IMG/VR virus record: IMGVR_UViG_3300022562_000726
Strand: one strand, 5' to 3'
DNA: 64,000 nucleotides
Origin: a virus
The notes beneath the pieces are model-generated. The model made no database searches and was not told the origin of the DNA. It saw only the letters and a list, made by a program, of their open reading frames with translations. A program made the position numbers and the translations under genes. Positions 36,801 to 44,964 of this stretch are shown piece after piece. Positions within the stretch are counted from its first letter, which is position 1. Every line of letters starts with the position of its first letter.

Positions 36801-38799
36801 GCGTCATGGTTCCCATTGCCTCGTTGGGGTTGCCACGCGCTACAGCATCGGCAATCTGCACAAGATGAGAGAAGCCGTTCTGGGTCTTCTCGTCACGTAT
36901 CTGGGCTGTCCTTCCTTCTGCCAAAGACTGTGCCGCTGGACCCGCAAGATTGGGAGTGATCTGAACTTTGACAGCGTGTTCACCAAGCAAAGTCTTGGCA
37001 AATTCGTTAATTGCATTCGATAGTTCCGCAGTATCGCCTTGACGTTTCTTCTGGAGTTCACCAAGGACTTTCTGGCGGATACCTTCATGTTCACCTGCAC
37101 TTATGATCTGGTTGGTTTCAGGGGAGAACTTCGGATCGAACCCGCGAGCAGCCTCTATGGCCTGTTGCGGGGTATCATATGCATGGACAAGCTGCGTGGA
37201 GATTACTTCTCCGTTCTTCGCTCCGCCCTTGTGAGTGGTAACTGAATAAACACCATGTTTTTCTGACACATCCTTTGTTATCTCAAAGCCTTTCAGGCCT
37301 TGCTCATCCGCGAATTTCTGCGCTTCCTGTTCAGTGGAGAACCGTTTGGTGAGAGTGCGATCCTTTGTCTGTAGAAGGTAAGGTTCGGCCTGCGTATCTG
37401 GAACAGGACCCACCTTGTATTCCCGATTAACTTCATTCGAATTGATAGTGGCGTACTTGCCAGCTTTCTGGGCGTCCCCTCTTTCGAGGAGAGAGTTGAA
37501 GATGGCCAAGGCCTTTGCGTCGTTCTTGGCATTCTTCCGCCCCAGATTTGCCATGCGCCTTATCTTGTCAGGCGAGAATTTCTTTTCCCCGCGCACCGCT
37601 TCGAGAGCGCGGTTACGCTCTTCTTCAGTAAAGACTGTATTGTCGGTAAGGGGTATGGATTGCTTTCCCCATACGGCTTGGTCTACAGTCTGATCGCCAC
37701 GGGGAGCCGGGAGTTGGGGTGCCTGTTCAAGCTTCTGCTTGATAAAGGCATCCTGCTCCTTCTTCATCATTTCATCGTAGAATTGCTGGTCAGTCTCGTC
37801 CGCAGTCTGGTACATCTGCTGCACCTTGCGGGCCTTGTCCTCAACGTTCTTGATTACATCGTTGATCCTGTTTTCTTCTCTCGTGTCGATAACATGGCCC
37901 ACTGTACCGGCACCGACACCATAAACACCGCCAACAATCGCGGCCTGAACCGCAGCCTGAACGTATTGTGCTTTCGCTTCATCAGACGTCAGGCTTTCAT
38001 CTGCCTGTGCCCTCTGGATAGCTTGCTGGATAACCTCCTCTATTGGTTCTGTGGTGGCACCGGCTGCTGAAGACAGGGCTACGCGGGTCAAAGCCTTGCG
38101 TACAGGACCACCGACAAGAGCCTTGGTTATTGCTGCCTGAAGGGGCTTTGCCATCGGGACCTTGCTGGCTACACCGGCAACAGCCAACTCTATAAGGTTG
38201 CCAGCAAATTCACTGGCCGTTGCAGGAGCGGCCCATCCCGCAGCTTTGCCCCAATCCTTGACCTGTCCATTGTTGACCTTCTGCTGCTCCTCTACATGCT
38301 GCCCAAGCATTGTGGGGTAAATGCCAGCAAGGCCACCGACAACCGAGCCAATAACTGCACCGGGAGGTCCACCAATGGCACCTCCGAGAGCGCCACCTCC
38401 GATCATTCCACCCCAACCGCCAGCCATTTGGGGGGCCTGTTGCGCCAGCAATCCGGCTACGTAGGGGGCACCTTTCTCACCGACAGTGTATTGACCTGCT
38501 TCCTGTGCCTGCTTGTTGGCCTGCTCAAGTGCCCAATCCTCCCAAGACTTGCTACCGAGAGCATGGGCTATTCCAGCACCTGTTTCATAGAGATTGGCTT
38601 GGTACTGATTAACGCCCTGCATGAGTCCGGCAATACCGGAGGAAATAACGCCGGGGCCTGTATCGGGGGAGGAAGATGGGAGAGTTTTGCCGGAAAGGTT
38701 GGCATCTATGCGAGCCTGTTCATCAGGCGTTGGGGCATCACCGGCAATGATAAAGTCTGCTGACGTCCCGTCTGGACGCCTATAGGTTACATATCCCAT
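30877..38799 (-). CDS. Giant multi-domain protein (2640 aa), probable virion-associated ejection or polyvalent protein
   Basis: Uninterrupted ORF with AAGGAAG ribosome-binding site; Gly-zipper hydrophobic segments near the N-terminus; internal HEAVH (HExxH) motif; last in a run of low-complexity internal-protein genes. Confidence 0.8.
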   Translation of the reverse strand: MGYVTYRRPDGTSADFIIAGDAPTPDEQARIDANLSGKTLPSSSPDTGPGVISSGIAGLMQGVNQYQANLYETGAGIAHALGSKSWEDWALEQANKQAQEAGQYTVGEKGAPYVAGLLAQQAPQMAGGWGGMIGGGALGGAIGGPPGAVIGSVVGGLAGIYPTMLGQHVEEQQKVNNGQVKDWGKAAGWAAPATASEFAGNLIELAVAGVASKVPMAKPLQAAITKALVGGPVRKALTRVALSSAAGATTEPIEEVIQQAIQRAQADESLTSDEAKAQYVQAAVQAAIVGGVYGVGAGTVGHVIDTREENRINDVIKNVEDKARKVQQMYQTADETDQQFYDEMMKKEQDAFIKQKLEQAPQLPAPRGDQTVDQAVWGKQSIPLTDNTVFTEEERNRALEAVRGEKKFSPDKIRRMANLGRKNAKNDAKALAIFNSLLERGDAQKAGKYATINSNEVNREYKVGPVPDTQAEPYLLQTKDRTLTKRFSTEQEAQKFADEQGLKGFEITKDVSEKHGVYSVTTHKGGAKNGEVISTQLVHAYDTPQQAIEAARGFDPKFSPETNQIISAGEHEGIRQKVLGELQKKRQGDTAELSNAINEFAKTLLGEHAVKVQITPNLAGPAAQSLAEGRTAQIRDEKTQNGFSHLVQIADAVARGNPNEAMGTMTHEAVHVLRDLGLFTPQEWSALKSLANQKVPGQRFTWMDRAQALNAQNPTANIHEEAVAEMTRAYREKPDSFTKQHRNILQKIFDFIKRLVGVEKNNPLALKTMQDILSGQIGQREAGSKAAMRDRLGPVWSQVPIKPFYLQTDKAIERVPQETMTPKQWLGFLKNQQQIKPEERQWLGLEQWLETLQEEGGGQVDKAELQKFIRANSLAIIPQEKIYGGMSSEDYNRHAVLDEHLSTAYYEDTNAHDLSFEAWINDQINNNKKYANEAQELRQLEFDALREPFHESTTQEGGDQYKEFVFTLPQLLDGFAVSGHFGGKRNIVVSARTKVRDYADGKKILFIEEIQSDVHQRGRRYGYEGEDVQPRIDKLRKKIDEVRAQYSVKDNEMRAAAKTPGPDYSRLRNERDALDREINRLEMQRHDLESAYKIPQAPFKTTWDQFAFKKLVQHAAEQGLDGVAWHGNEESVALTEGYPDPYAEEYSGIMDFYTRRLGSWAKKFFKKYGAEIQYIDPTEGQGLTYDNIAQDMAALGPIDPAFFTEAANNTRNEDMQVRLRAAANILSNQRPTQSYQDIKYQDISDAAHVAGLSQPMWQYMWNEYEAGRSTLNDIFKHGAETASSEDERHIYLEGDKQLSQIRTWYERYSTEQVIDALKKADITAPEFDLLMRQQMDIPIEGDANHNPLVPRFQMNMTDELKTTALHEAFPVFSAMPSPKALENLHARLKEDSNFKHWFGLSKVVDQNGEPAVMYHSTRKILVRGQQRHEFPEFNHFSHFGTIQAAHDRLAFAGMADFLEQDKYRLYHIATKEGVFTPEEMAEIESGRKYDIYGNNYEDELKDWWTMLDNDTRYALMNIESDNWFDGARLYPMFMSIRNPLRIEDDGRNHTLDDLILFTQAGGAFGDNTRMFLTNIRNPEVKAAELTKAMKRAGYDGWVYENTIESPGEDSFIPLEKWQAKSIYNRGSWSKLDPRYDWSSVPAPDGSNPQWAATAPLGERVNDHMSRERWEQMLQAATYNNLAPTLKKLNTILPDKYKHRFDRLVDSGIYNLQDRMVGVAELIDMVRKEGGTVTNDNDTFLKERLFPGQTDAELQDRQKDLYTPFIDRIHSLGISSQTLNELAALNQSAEDIINNYAEITDEATGERAQGRNLAMAELILYALHAQERNAEMRLRNERVADVRTDQYNAGSGMSDDHAEAILNYVFGRPDLAAKLTDLRNENSIRSMFRRLIANTNARRVAGQISPDFTQIETRANYQDYAPLKGWLEEHFNEDEDANIFARTGKGYSIRGKEDMSALGRRRLASHIISNAILQNEEAIIRAKKNEVGRSFLQFIRDNPDLTLGAAQIIETRPVKWGLDSRTGSVRRMTDLGFQNRKDILTVKEMGEDGNIKETYIQFSDPRVAEALTVKSSLGNAGLGVVMKTFLKVNHFLGQLSTSFNPEFWLSNFPRDFQTAMLNLSEQGIEGIRGRVAKDTLPSLYSIFRYTRDNSYTDSWTDTFLEFRRRGGMSAFMGLRDINDTMKTVERLATEDPSKMKDFGRKLFRSTGQLVEDINLAIENGVRLASYKAMRDAYIEMGATPQEAMDRAAYGAKELTINFNAGGNQKPFWNSMYLFFNASMQGSMALINPLIRSKKMRRMWGTIMLAGVMQDLLMSTLMPDEYDDMKDWILEHNIILPNIFDPNGKSYIKIPLPYLMNAVYNSGRAMSRAARGKYNAGETFNTIAGSYLDALNPWGTGGNAFINFLAPTIADPIVDLTYGKNFTGAPISPEGAAYGPKVKDSQLYWNNTNPLAISVADWMSRLSGSQGTYLPGLVEVSPNSIEYLVDYATGGAGTFVRRLWDFMPFVPMSQNIVQEWVKTGDISANDVPMVRRYIGNMSSRNDLERYITKRDKVMAVRQELRLAAMSGDSQHYLNVMAEHPVEYRLTQQVNSIESERRKISRQIKSIQRNKSIPEAEKSRIILMLKERQNQLVGLGLEVMGGT

Positions 38800-40052
38800 T
38801 ACTTCCTTACATCAGTTGGAAGCGTCACTCGTCCCAACTGGAGAGAACGCTCGTAAGCCGCCTGTAGTTTTGCCTTCTCTTGAGGATCGATAACATCTTT
38901 CATGATGGTGGCGAAGAAACTCTTGATGTCATCACGGCTTTGCTTCTCCTGCTCCCATCCCTGCTTTGCTCTTGCAAGATTGGTAGCTGCCTCTGTCTTG
39001 TAGAGGCCGAGAGCGAACTCTGCCTTGGACTGACGGTTCTTGAACTCCTGATTTGTCAATTGCTGATACCGGTCGGCGGAGTTCTGGAGAGCCTGCTGAT
39101 AACGTCTGAAGCCTTGGTCATAAGCACCGGCTGCATTGGCGAAGCCTTGGCCGACCTGTTGCCATGCACCTCCACCGGCTGATGTTACACCAGCGGCGAG
39201 AGCCAGTTGAGCGAGAGCCTTTGTCCTTTTCAGTTCCTGTTGTGCATAAGCATCTGCCTTTTCCTGATAGGGATTCTTGTAATCAGGATTGATGCCAGCC
39301 TGCTTGTAGAATGCATCGGCCTGCTTGAAATAATCTGCGAGAGACGACGGCTGCGTCTGCGTGTTGTCTTGGGTCTCCAAGTCTTTTCCCGGCTGCACCG
39401 GGGCATTGGTCCCTGCCGGTCGCGAAGAGGCCGGTCCAAGAGGGACCTGCGGCATGTCATTGATCGATTGCTTGTCAGCTTCCTTGGCTGCTTGCGCTTC
39501 CCTGTCGGCCCTCTTTTTACGAAGATAATCAAGGGCTTCCTGATTTTTCTTCATCACGTAATCATAGGCCTTCGGTCCATATTCCTTGTACAACTGACCG
39601 AGTGCTTCCCCTGTTCCTCCACCAAGAAGGCCGGATGTATCTCGTGGCGTGTCGGGACGGTCGGCAATACCGAACTGGTAATGCGGCGTATACTGGCTGC
39701 GGTTCATCCCATAATTGTCGGAAGGGGAGGTCGGAAGCGGGGTATTATCCACATTGGCTGTGCCGGATGCGGTGGCAGAGAGAGGAGCGTTCACGCTTGC
39801 TGTCGAAGAACCTGTAGGCTCGACTGCCGGTCCACCTGCCTTGATCCTGTTGATTGCAGCACCGTAACGATCATACCAATCCCGCAATCCAAAATAATCG
39901 TACTTGTGTTCAGGAAGCTGTATCTGGTCAACCGGCACAGTGGATTGCGACATGGGAATCTGTGGCTGGCTCATGTTCGGTTGAGGCCCTGCCTGCTGGC
40001 TGGACTGAAGGATACGATACCAATCTGGAAGAAGATCACTGCTTATAGGCAT
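38799..40052 (-). CDS. Low-complexity Q/A-rich putative internal virion protein
   Basis: ORF; TAATG overlap with the giant gene. Confidence 0.55.
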   Translation of the reverse strand: MPISSDLLPDWYRILQSSQQAGPQPNMSQPQIPMSQSTVPVDQIQLPEHKYDYFGLRDWYDRYGAAINRIKAGGPAVEPTGSSTASVNAPLSATASGTANVDNTPLPTSPSDNYGMNRSQYTPHYQFGIADRPDTPRDTSGLLGGGTGEALGQLYKEYGPKAYDYVMKKNQEALDYLRKKRADREAQAAKEADKQSINDMPQVPLGPASSRPAGTNAPVQPGKDLETQDNTQTQPSSLADYFKQADAFYKQAGINPDYKNPYQEKADAYAQQELKRTKALAQLALAAGVTSAGGGAWQQVGQGFANAAGAYDQGFRRYQQALQNSADRYQQLTNQEFKNRQSKAEFALGLYKTEAATNLARAKQGWEQEKQSRDDIKSFFATIMKDVIDPQEKAKLQAAYERSLQLGRVTLPTDVRK

Positions 40053-40064
40053 TTCGTTACCTCA

Positions 40065-40526
40065 TTACCAAAGACCGCCGAGGCCGAAGTTGTAAGCATA
40101 CCCTGCTTGTGCCGCAGACGGATGCTGCGCGGCAGAGGAAGCTTGAGGCGGAAGCGAAGGAAGTCCACCCATTTGAGAGGCTCCAAGAAAATCAGGGTTG
40201 AGAGAAGCCAGTCCCTGCGCATTCGGGCTGGCATGGTAATAAGCCGTTTCACTTGGCGATCTTGACTGGATGGGAGCAGGGTTCTGAAGCTGGTACTGCT
40301 TCAGGGCTTCCGCCACTTGTGAACTGATATAATTCGGATCGGCAATATATTGCTGCGGCGCACCACGCATATACATGCTCATGTCACCACCGCCCTCATT
40401 GGCGTTCGTAGCCCAAGGAGCATTGGATGCGTATTGAGAATAGGCAGGATTGACCATCATCCCGGTAGGAGTGGATGGTCCCCAAGTCTGGTTAACTGAA
40501 TTACTGCTGCCGCTAGACATATCCAT
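40065..40526 (-). CDS. Low-complexity S/A/Q-rich protein
   Basis: ORF in the tightly packed operon. Confidence 0.45.
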   Translation of the reverse strand: MDMSSGSSNSVNQTWGPSTPTGMMVNPAYSQYASNAPWATNANEGGGDMSMYMRGAPQQYIADPNYISSQVAEALKQYQLQNPAPIQSRSPSETAYYHASPNAQGLASLNPDFLGASQMGGLPSLPPQASSAAQHPSAAQAGYAYNFGLGGLW

Positions 40527-41547
40527 ACATCTTTCTGCGTTCGTACCAATCTGGTGTCTGGCTTGTCATCATGGTTTCCTGTTGAGGATCAATGGGTTGG
40601 CGTGGTTTCGTATCAGCGGAAACGATCTGATCCCCGCCCATCGGTTGCTGGTTCATCATGCTCAAGGCAAGAAGCGCCCCCAATCCTCCGCCCATTGGCG
40701 TCGCTGCCTTTGCTGCTGCGGCTCGTGTTGCAGCTAGTTGCGCGGCTTGAGACGCTACTTGTCCTGCACTTGCTGCACTTGCTGCCTGCGGGGTTAGTGT
40801 AGATGCAGCCATCTTGGTAGCCGCCGAAGGAGCAAGAGAGGAAAGACCTCCAGACACGTCCTTTATGCCCTGCCATTGCGATATGCCTGCGGCCTTTGCG
40901 CCATACCAAGGCGTCCATCCCTGCTTCTGTGCCTGATCGAGAGCAAAGCGTATCTGGTCAGGGTAAGTGGACGGGTCCTTAATATCGAGACCTGTCTCTT
41001 TCATGAACTGGTTGCCGAGACCTGCTCCGTATCCCGTCCCTTCCCCGCCTACAAGCATCTGGTAAGGACCGTATGATGGCTCCCTCACGCCGTTGCGGGA
41101 AGCGAAACTGCGCCATCCTTCGGCAGGGTCACCACCGGCACCTTCTGCCTGCCATACTTTCACAGCAACATCAGGGTCCATTCCCCTGATTGTCGCTTCC
41201 ATCCTGATCTGGTCTTCTATCTGCTGCCTTGTCGGGTAATGGACGGAACCGCCATGTGCAAACTTCAGCGGTTGCCCCGGTTGCTGCGGAACAAGCGAGG
41301 AAAGACCGACCGGTTGAATATAATCTGAAGGAGGGGGAAGCGATTGCGGGGATGATCCCGGCTGTGTTGGAAGATTGCGTGGAATCTGCCCGAAGTTTTT
41401 TAATGCCGTTATATATGTATAGAAGGGGTTGATCTGATCGACAAGTCCACCTTCTGCAAAACCTTGGCGAGGTTGCTGCTGGTGCCCCATGAACTGATCG
41501 TAGATTGCATAATCGGCTTCAGACGGGGGACGATCCATCAGCCTCAC
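40513..41547 (-). CDS. Putative internal virion protein with SLT-like lytic transglycosylase segment
   Basis: REPSYGPYQM resembles the E-S...GxMQ SLT motif; remainder is low complexity; AEGGLVDQ motif. Confidence 0.4.
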   Translation of the reverse strand: MRLMDRPPSEADYAIYDQFMGHQQQPRQGFAEGGLVDQINPFYTYITALKNFGQIPRNLPTQPGSSPQSLPPPSDYIQPVGLSSLVPQQPGQPLKFAHGGSVHYPTRQQIEDQIRMEATIRGMDPDVAVKVWQAEGAGGDPAEGWRSFASRNGVREPSYGPYQMLVGGEGTGYGAGLGNQFMKETGLDIKDPSTYPDQIRFALDQAQKQGWTPWYGAKAAGISQWQGIKDVSGGLSSLAPSAATKMAASTLTPQAASAASAGQVASQAAQLAATRAAAAKAATPMGGGLGALLALSMMNQQPMGGDQIVSADTKPRQPIDPQQETMMTSQTPDWYERRKMYGYV

Positions 41548-42632
41548 CCAAGGTTATAGAGCGCCTGCAATCCCATCAGGGTTCCCGCTGTGCCTGCCAA
41601 AGGATTGGTGCTGGTTGTCTGCGTCACATCCTGATTGGCGGAGACCGGTACACCTTGGAGGAGCGAGGACAGGAACTGAAGGTTCTGCCTGTTTGCATCG
41701 CGCTGGTTGACGAAATCGTTATAAGCCTGATCGAGTTGTTTCTGCGTGTAGTCTTCTGTCGTCTGGCCAACACCCAACTGCGCCTTGATGCGGTCGAGTG
41801 CCATCTGGTCTTGAGCCTGCTGAAGCTGGCCGAGAATGGTCGATCCTTTCTGCGCTGTCTCAAGGCCCTGCAATCCTGACGTGACGCCGAACTGACGGGA
41901 CTGTTCAGCAAGTTTCTGTGCTTCAAGCCCTTGGCCCTGATTGGCAAGAGCGGCCTTGAGGGCTGCATCCTGATTGGCTCTCTGCGCATTCATCCAAGCA
42001 GAACGATCACGCTCGAACTGTTGCTGTGCATTTTCGAATGCGGACTGCCGTCCCTGCACATCCAGTTCCTTCATGCGTTTCTGCGCATCATTGAGGGCTA
42101 TCTGGTTCTGCACCGCAGCGCGTGATCCGCCAAAGGCACCGGCTTTAGCAGCCTGCGAATCCCTGTATGTCTGTTCAACAAGCGTGTTGTAAGCCTGATC
42201 CTGCTTGGCAAGAGCAGTCACATCGGCCTGATAGGGAGACATGTAAAGTTCGGCAATACCCTGATTGAACTGTGGTCCGGCGTTTACATTCGAGTAACCG
42301 AGCGGCCCTTGTCCCTGTTGTATGGCACCGGCATAGAAGGCCGTCGGATCATAGTTGGTGTAATCCAGACCTCCTTGCACTGTCTGTGCGGCACCCTGTT
42401 GGGCATAAGGAAGGTATCCTGCACCGGAGTTTGCATAGTCGCTCGCCATCGAGAGGCCACCGGCAGTGGCATCACTCATTCCTGCAAGACGCTGACCCTC
42501 GTAAGGTTGGTACGGACGATAGCTTTCGTTCGCACCCCTCGTCATCAAGGATTCATAGTATGGCCTTGCGTATTCAGGAAGCGACGATTGATAGACGCGG
42601 GAAGTCTGTTGCCCACCACCACCACTAGCCAT
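41544..42632 (-). CDS. Q/A-rich putative internal virion protein
   Basis: ORF; coupled overlaps on both sides. Confidence 0.5.
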   Translation of the reverse strand: MASGGGGQQTSRVYQSSLPEYARPYYESLMTRGANESYRPYQPYEGQRLAGMSDATAGGLSMASDYANSGAGYLPYAQQGAAQTVQGGLDYTNYDPTAFYAGAIQQGQGPLGYSNVNAGPQFNQGIAELYMSPYQADVTALAKQDQAYNTLVEQTYRDSQAAKAGAFGGSRAAVQNQIALNDAQKRMKELDVQGRQSAFENAQQQFERDRSAWMNAQRANQDAALKAALANQGQGLEAQKLAEQSRQFGVTSGLQGLETAQKGSTILGQLQQAQDQMALDRIKAQLGVGQTTEDYTQKQLDQAYNDFVNQRDANRQNLQFLSSLLQGVPVSANQDVTQTTSTNPLAGTAGTLMGLQALYNLG

Positions 42633-43060
42633 CAGTTTTCTCCATCAGATATTTTGAAATCGAATCGTATTGCCATGGCATCCCACCCCATCTTTTTCAG
42701 TCTTGGTGCCCACCCCGGTCGGCCAGTGCCTTCCATGCGCGTACAGCCAAATTCTTTAGCGTATTCACCAATGATCTTGAAACCATCTTCAAGCCACTCA
42801 TCAACGCCTGTGCCAGCAATGAAATCAAGAGAACAGCAACGAGCATTAGGATAATCAGCGATTCTGACCGTGCAGCATCCCTTGATTTCCTGTTCGTCAT
42901 TGAATGCTATCCATAGCGTCTGTTCCCCTTTCAGGAGTTCAATGAAGACATCGATGGTGTCGTATCTGCCTTTCAGATACTTGACTGCTTCTGCAAGCAT
43001 GGGTTCCACGTGCGGCCACATTGACCGCAAGTGTTCCTTTGGTATGAGAGTTATATTCAT
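42632..43060 (-). CDS. GNAT-family acetyltransferase-like protein
   Basis: Size and beta-alpha pattern consistent with GNAT; confidence limited to a by-eye fit. Confidence 0.45.
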   Translation of the reverse strand: MNITLIPKEHLRSMWPHVEPMLAEAVKYLKGRYDTIDVFIELLKGEQTLWIAFNDEQEIKGCCTVRIADYPNARCCSLDFIAGTGVDEWLEDGFKIIGEYAKEFGCTRMEGTGRPGWAPRLKKMGWDAMAIRFDFKISDGEN

Positions 43061-44586
43061 CCGGGCATTACCGAGTTAGGATCGATTGCAGGAGGCTGCT
43101 GCGGAGGTGCGCCTCTCATCATACGTATCCTGTTCTGCATCTCTTGCAAACGCTGCGACCCTGCCTGATTATCACCATTCCCCAAGTGAGAGACAACATC
43201 GGACGGAACGACATGCTCCCCTGAACTCAAGGCTGCTGGCTGCTTTCCATCGACCATGGCAGGGATTGAATCGCTTTGCCCGTCACCTTGCCCTCCACCC
43301 TTTACACGGGCAATAAGGTCTTGGAGTGCCTGCGGTCCAAAGGTCTGAAGGAACTGCTGTATGATAGCCTGACCATTAGGCATGGTGCCCTTGATGGCTT
43401 CTGCGGTCAGCATAATAAGCTGTTCTTCCTGTGGGCTTGGCTTGCCTCCTCCGCCATTCTTGTACGGCGAATCCATCTGCGCCTTCGGAGCCTGCATCAT
43501 TGGCGGATTCATGAGGGACTGAAGCCCTCCACCCTGCTGCTGGTTCGGTATGATCGTTGCCTGCATTGGCTGGCCGGGGGCTTGAGGCTGGTCTACCAGA
43601 CCGCCTGCTGCGTATCCCCTTGGGAAATAGTTCCATTCCGGGTCGATACCACCCTGATAATCGGAGCCGGGGAAGACAGCATCGGGTCCTGTGTAATGAT
43701 CCGGTACAGGACCAGACTTCTCTTCCTTGCTTCCGCCGCCCTTGCCGCCGCCAAGCTGGCTCAACATCATAGCCGGGAGGATCATCTGGTTCATGTCCAT
43801 GCCGCCGAGAAGACCGCCGAGGCCACCTGCCTTCGGGGCTTCTGGGAAAGCGGAAGTGTCCAGACCAAGAGCGCCCTTGCCGAATTGCGATCCGGCAATA
43901 TTGTTCACTGACATTGCCTGACGGGCAGCATCCCCTTGGAGAGGGATGACATTCGGCTTCAGCGGCGTTTGCGCGAATCCTGTCATGCTTGAGGTAGGAG
44001 GAGGAGCGACAAAACCTTTAAGAGGATCGAGTGCCGAAGGAATTTTGGACGCAGTGTTGGCTGCGGAGAGACCGTGTGCCGCCTGTGTTACCTGTGGAGC
44101 GATAGAGCCAGCGCCTTGCGCAGCGGCCTGCGTTGCAGCTTGGGCGACAGGGGAAGCGGCGGCGGGGAGAGCCTGACTTGCAGCACTGATACCTGCATTC
44201 AATCCGCTTGACAGCGCACCGATGCCTGCACCTCCGGCACTTGCCAATCCTGCACCGAGACCGGCAGCGCCAGCATCGAGAGCGCCTGTGGCTGTGATCG
44301 CAGGGAGAGCAGCAGCGCCTAATCCTGCGGCGGCAGCGGGAGCGGCCATGGCTGCGGTTGCTGCGGCAGGAATTGCGGCAGCGGCAGCGGGAGCAGCGGC
44401 AGCGCCAAGGAGGAAAGGCAGGAAGAAAAACGCTTCCGGCAATCCTGTCACTGGATTGATGGGAAGTCTTCCACCGGGAGCGAGCGAGGCAAGGCCCGCA
44501 AGTTCTGCCTTGTTGACGTGAAGCAACTCCGTGTCGCCGTACCGACCGTGCTTCGCAAGTTCCTTGGCTTTCTTAGCCGCTTCCAT
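43057..44586 (-). CDS. Ala/Gly-rich low-complexity putative internal virion protein
   Basis: Poly-A/G segments; AAGGLVDQ motif shared with the 40513-41547 protein. Confidence 0.5.
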   Translation of the reverse strand: MEAAKKAKELAKHGRYGDTELLHVNKAELAGLASLAPGGRLPINPVTGLPEAFFFLPFLLGAAAAPAAAAAIPAAATAAMAAPAAAAGLGAAALPAITATGALDAGAAGLGAGLASAGGAGIGALSSGLNAGISAASQALPAAASPVAQAATQAAAQGAGSIAPQVTQAAHGLSAANTASKIPSALDPLKGFVAPPPTSSMTGFAQTPLKPNVIPLQGDAARQAMSVNNIAGSQFGKGALGLDTSAFPEAPKAGGLGGLLGGMDMNQMILPAMMLSQLGGGKGGGSKEEKSGPVPDHYTGPDAVFPGSDYQGGIDPEWNYFPRGYAAGGLVDQPQAPGQPMQATIIPNQQQGGGLQSLMNPPMMQAPKAQMDSPYKNGGGGKPSPQEEQLIMLTAEAIKGTMPNGQAIIQQFLQTFGPQALQDLIARVKGGGQGDGQSDSIPAMVDGKQPAALSSGEHVVPSDVVSHLGNGDNQAGSQRLQEMQNRIRMMRGAPPQQPPAIDPNSVMPG

Positions 44587-44598
44587 TTGTCTTCTCCA

Positions 44599-44964
44599 TC
44601 AGGCTATGACTGCTCTATCGGTGACACGTCGCCAATCCGTGCCATCGGAAAAGGCGAGAACAGCCCCGCCAGTTTCATCGGATACGTAGATGATTGCCCC
44701 GGCCCCCGCTGTCGAGGCAGACGGCACACCGGCTACTGTATAAGAACCGACCTTTGCATAAGTTGTTGCTGTTACTTCAGCGCCACCGGATATTGATCCT
44801 GTAACAGTGGCTGAATCAGCAAGCATGTCGGAAACAGCGACAGGCCCCTTGGACCGGAGGTCAACGAGATACCGTTCCACCGTTCTCAATATGTAACGAA
44901 TGTCGTCCGGGTCATATTGTTCAAGGGTTGTCAGGAGGTTCGGAGGGGCGATGTTATCCTTCAT
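44599..44964 (-). CDS. Hypothetical structural protein
   Basis: ORF. Confidence 0.45.
   Translation of the reverse strand: MKDNIAPPNLLTTLEQYDPDDIRYILRTVERYLVDLRSKGPVAVSDMLADSATVTGSISGGAEVTATTYAKVGSYTVAGVPSASTAGAGAIIYVSDETGGAVLAFSDGTDWRRVTDRAVIA

Noticed and set aside
36064-37023. 319-aa plus-strand ORF and similar long antisense ORFs (e.g. 39207-40265, 14393-15169, 8574-9413, 11384-12346, 5134-5958, 9848-10465, 17564-18226, 63173-63940)
   Set aside because: Each lies entirely antisense to a gene with strong motif support. They lack an SD sequence and have skewed, Ser/Arg/Cys/Leu-rich composition typical of reverse frames.
30877-38799. Giant ORF read as a tape-measure protein or as an N4-like virion RNA polymerase
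   Set aside because: No recognisable major tail, tube or sheath genes flank it, and it is not a coiled-coil-dominated sequence. No T7-type RNA-polymerase motifs (TxxGR, motif A/B/C) were visible by eye. Both remain formally untested.
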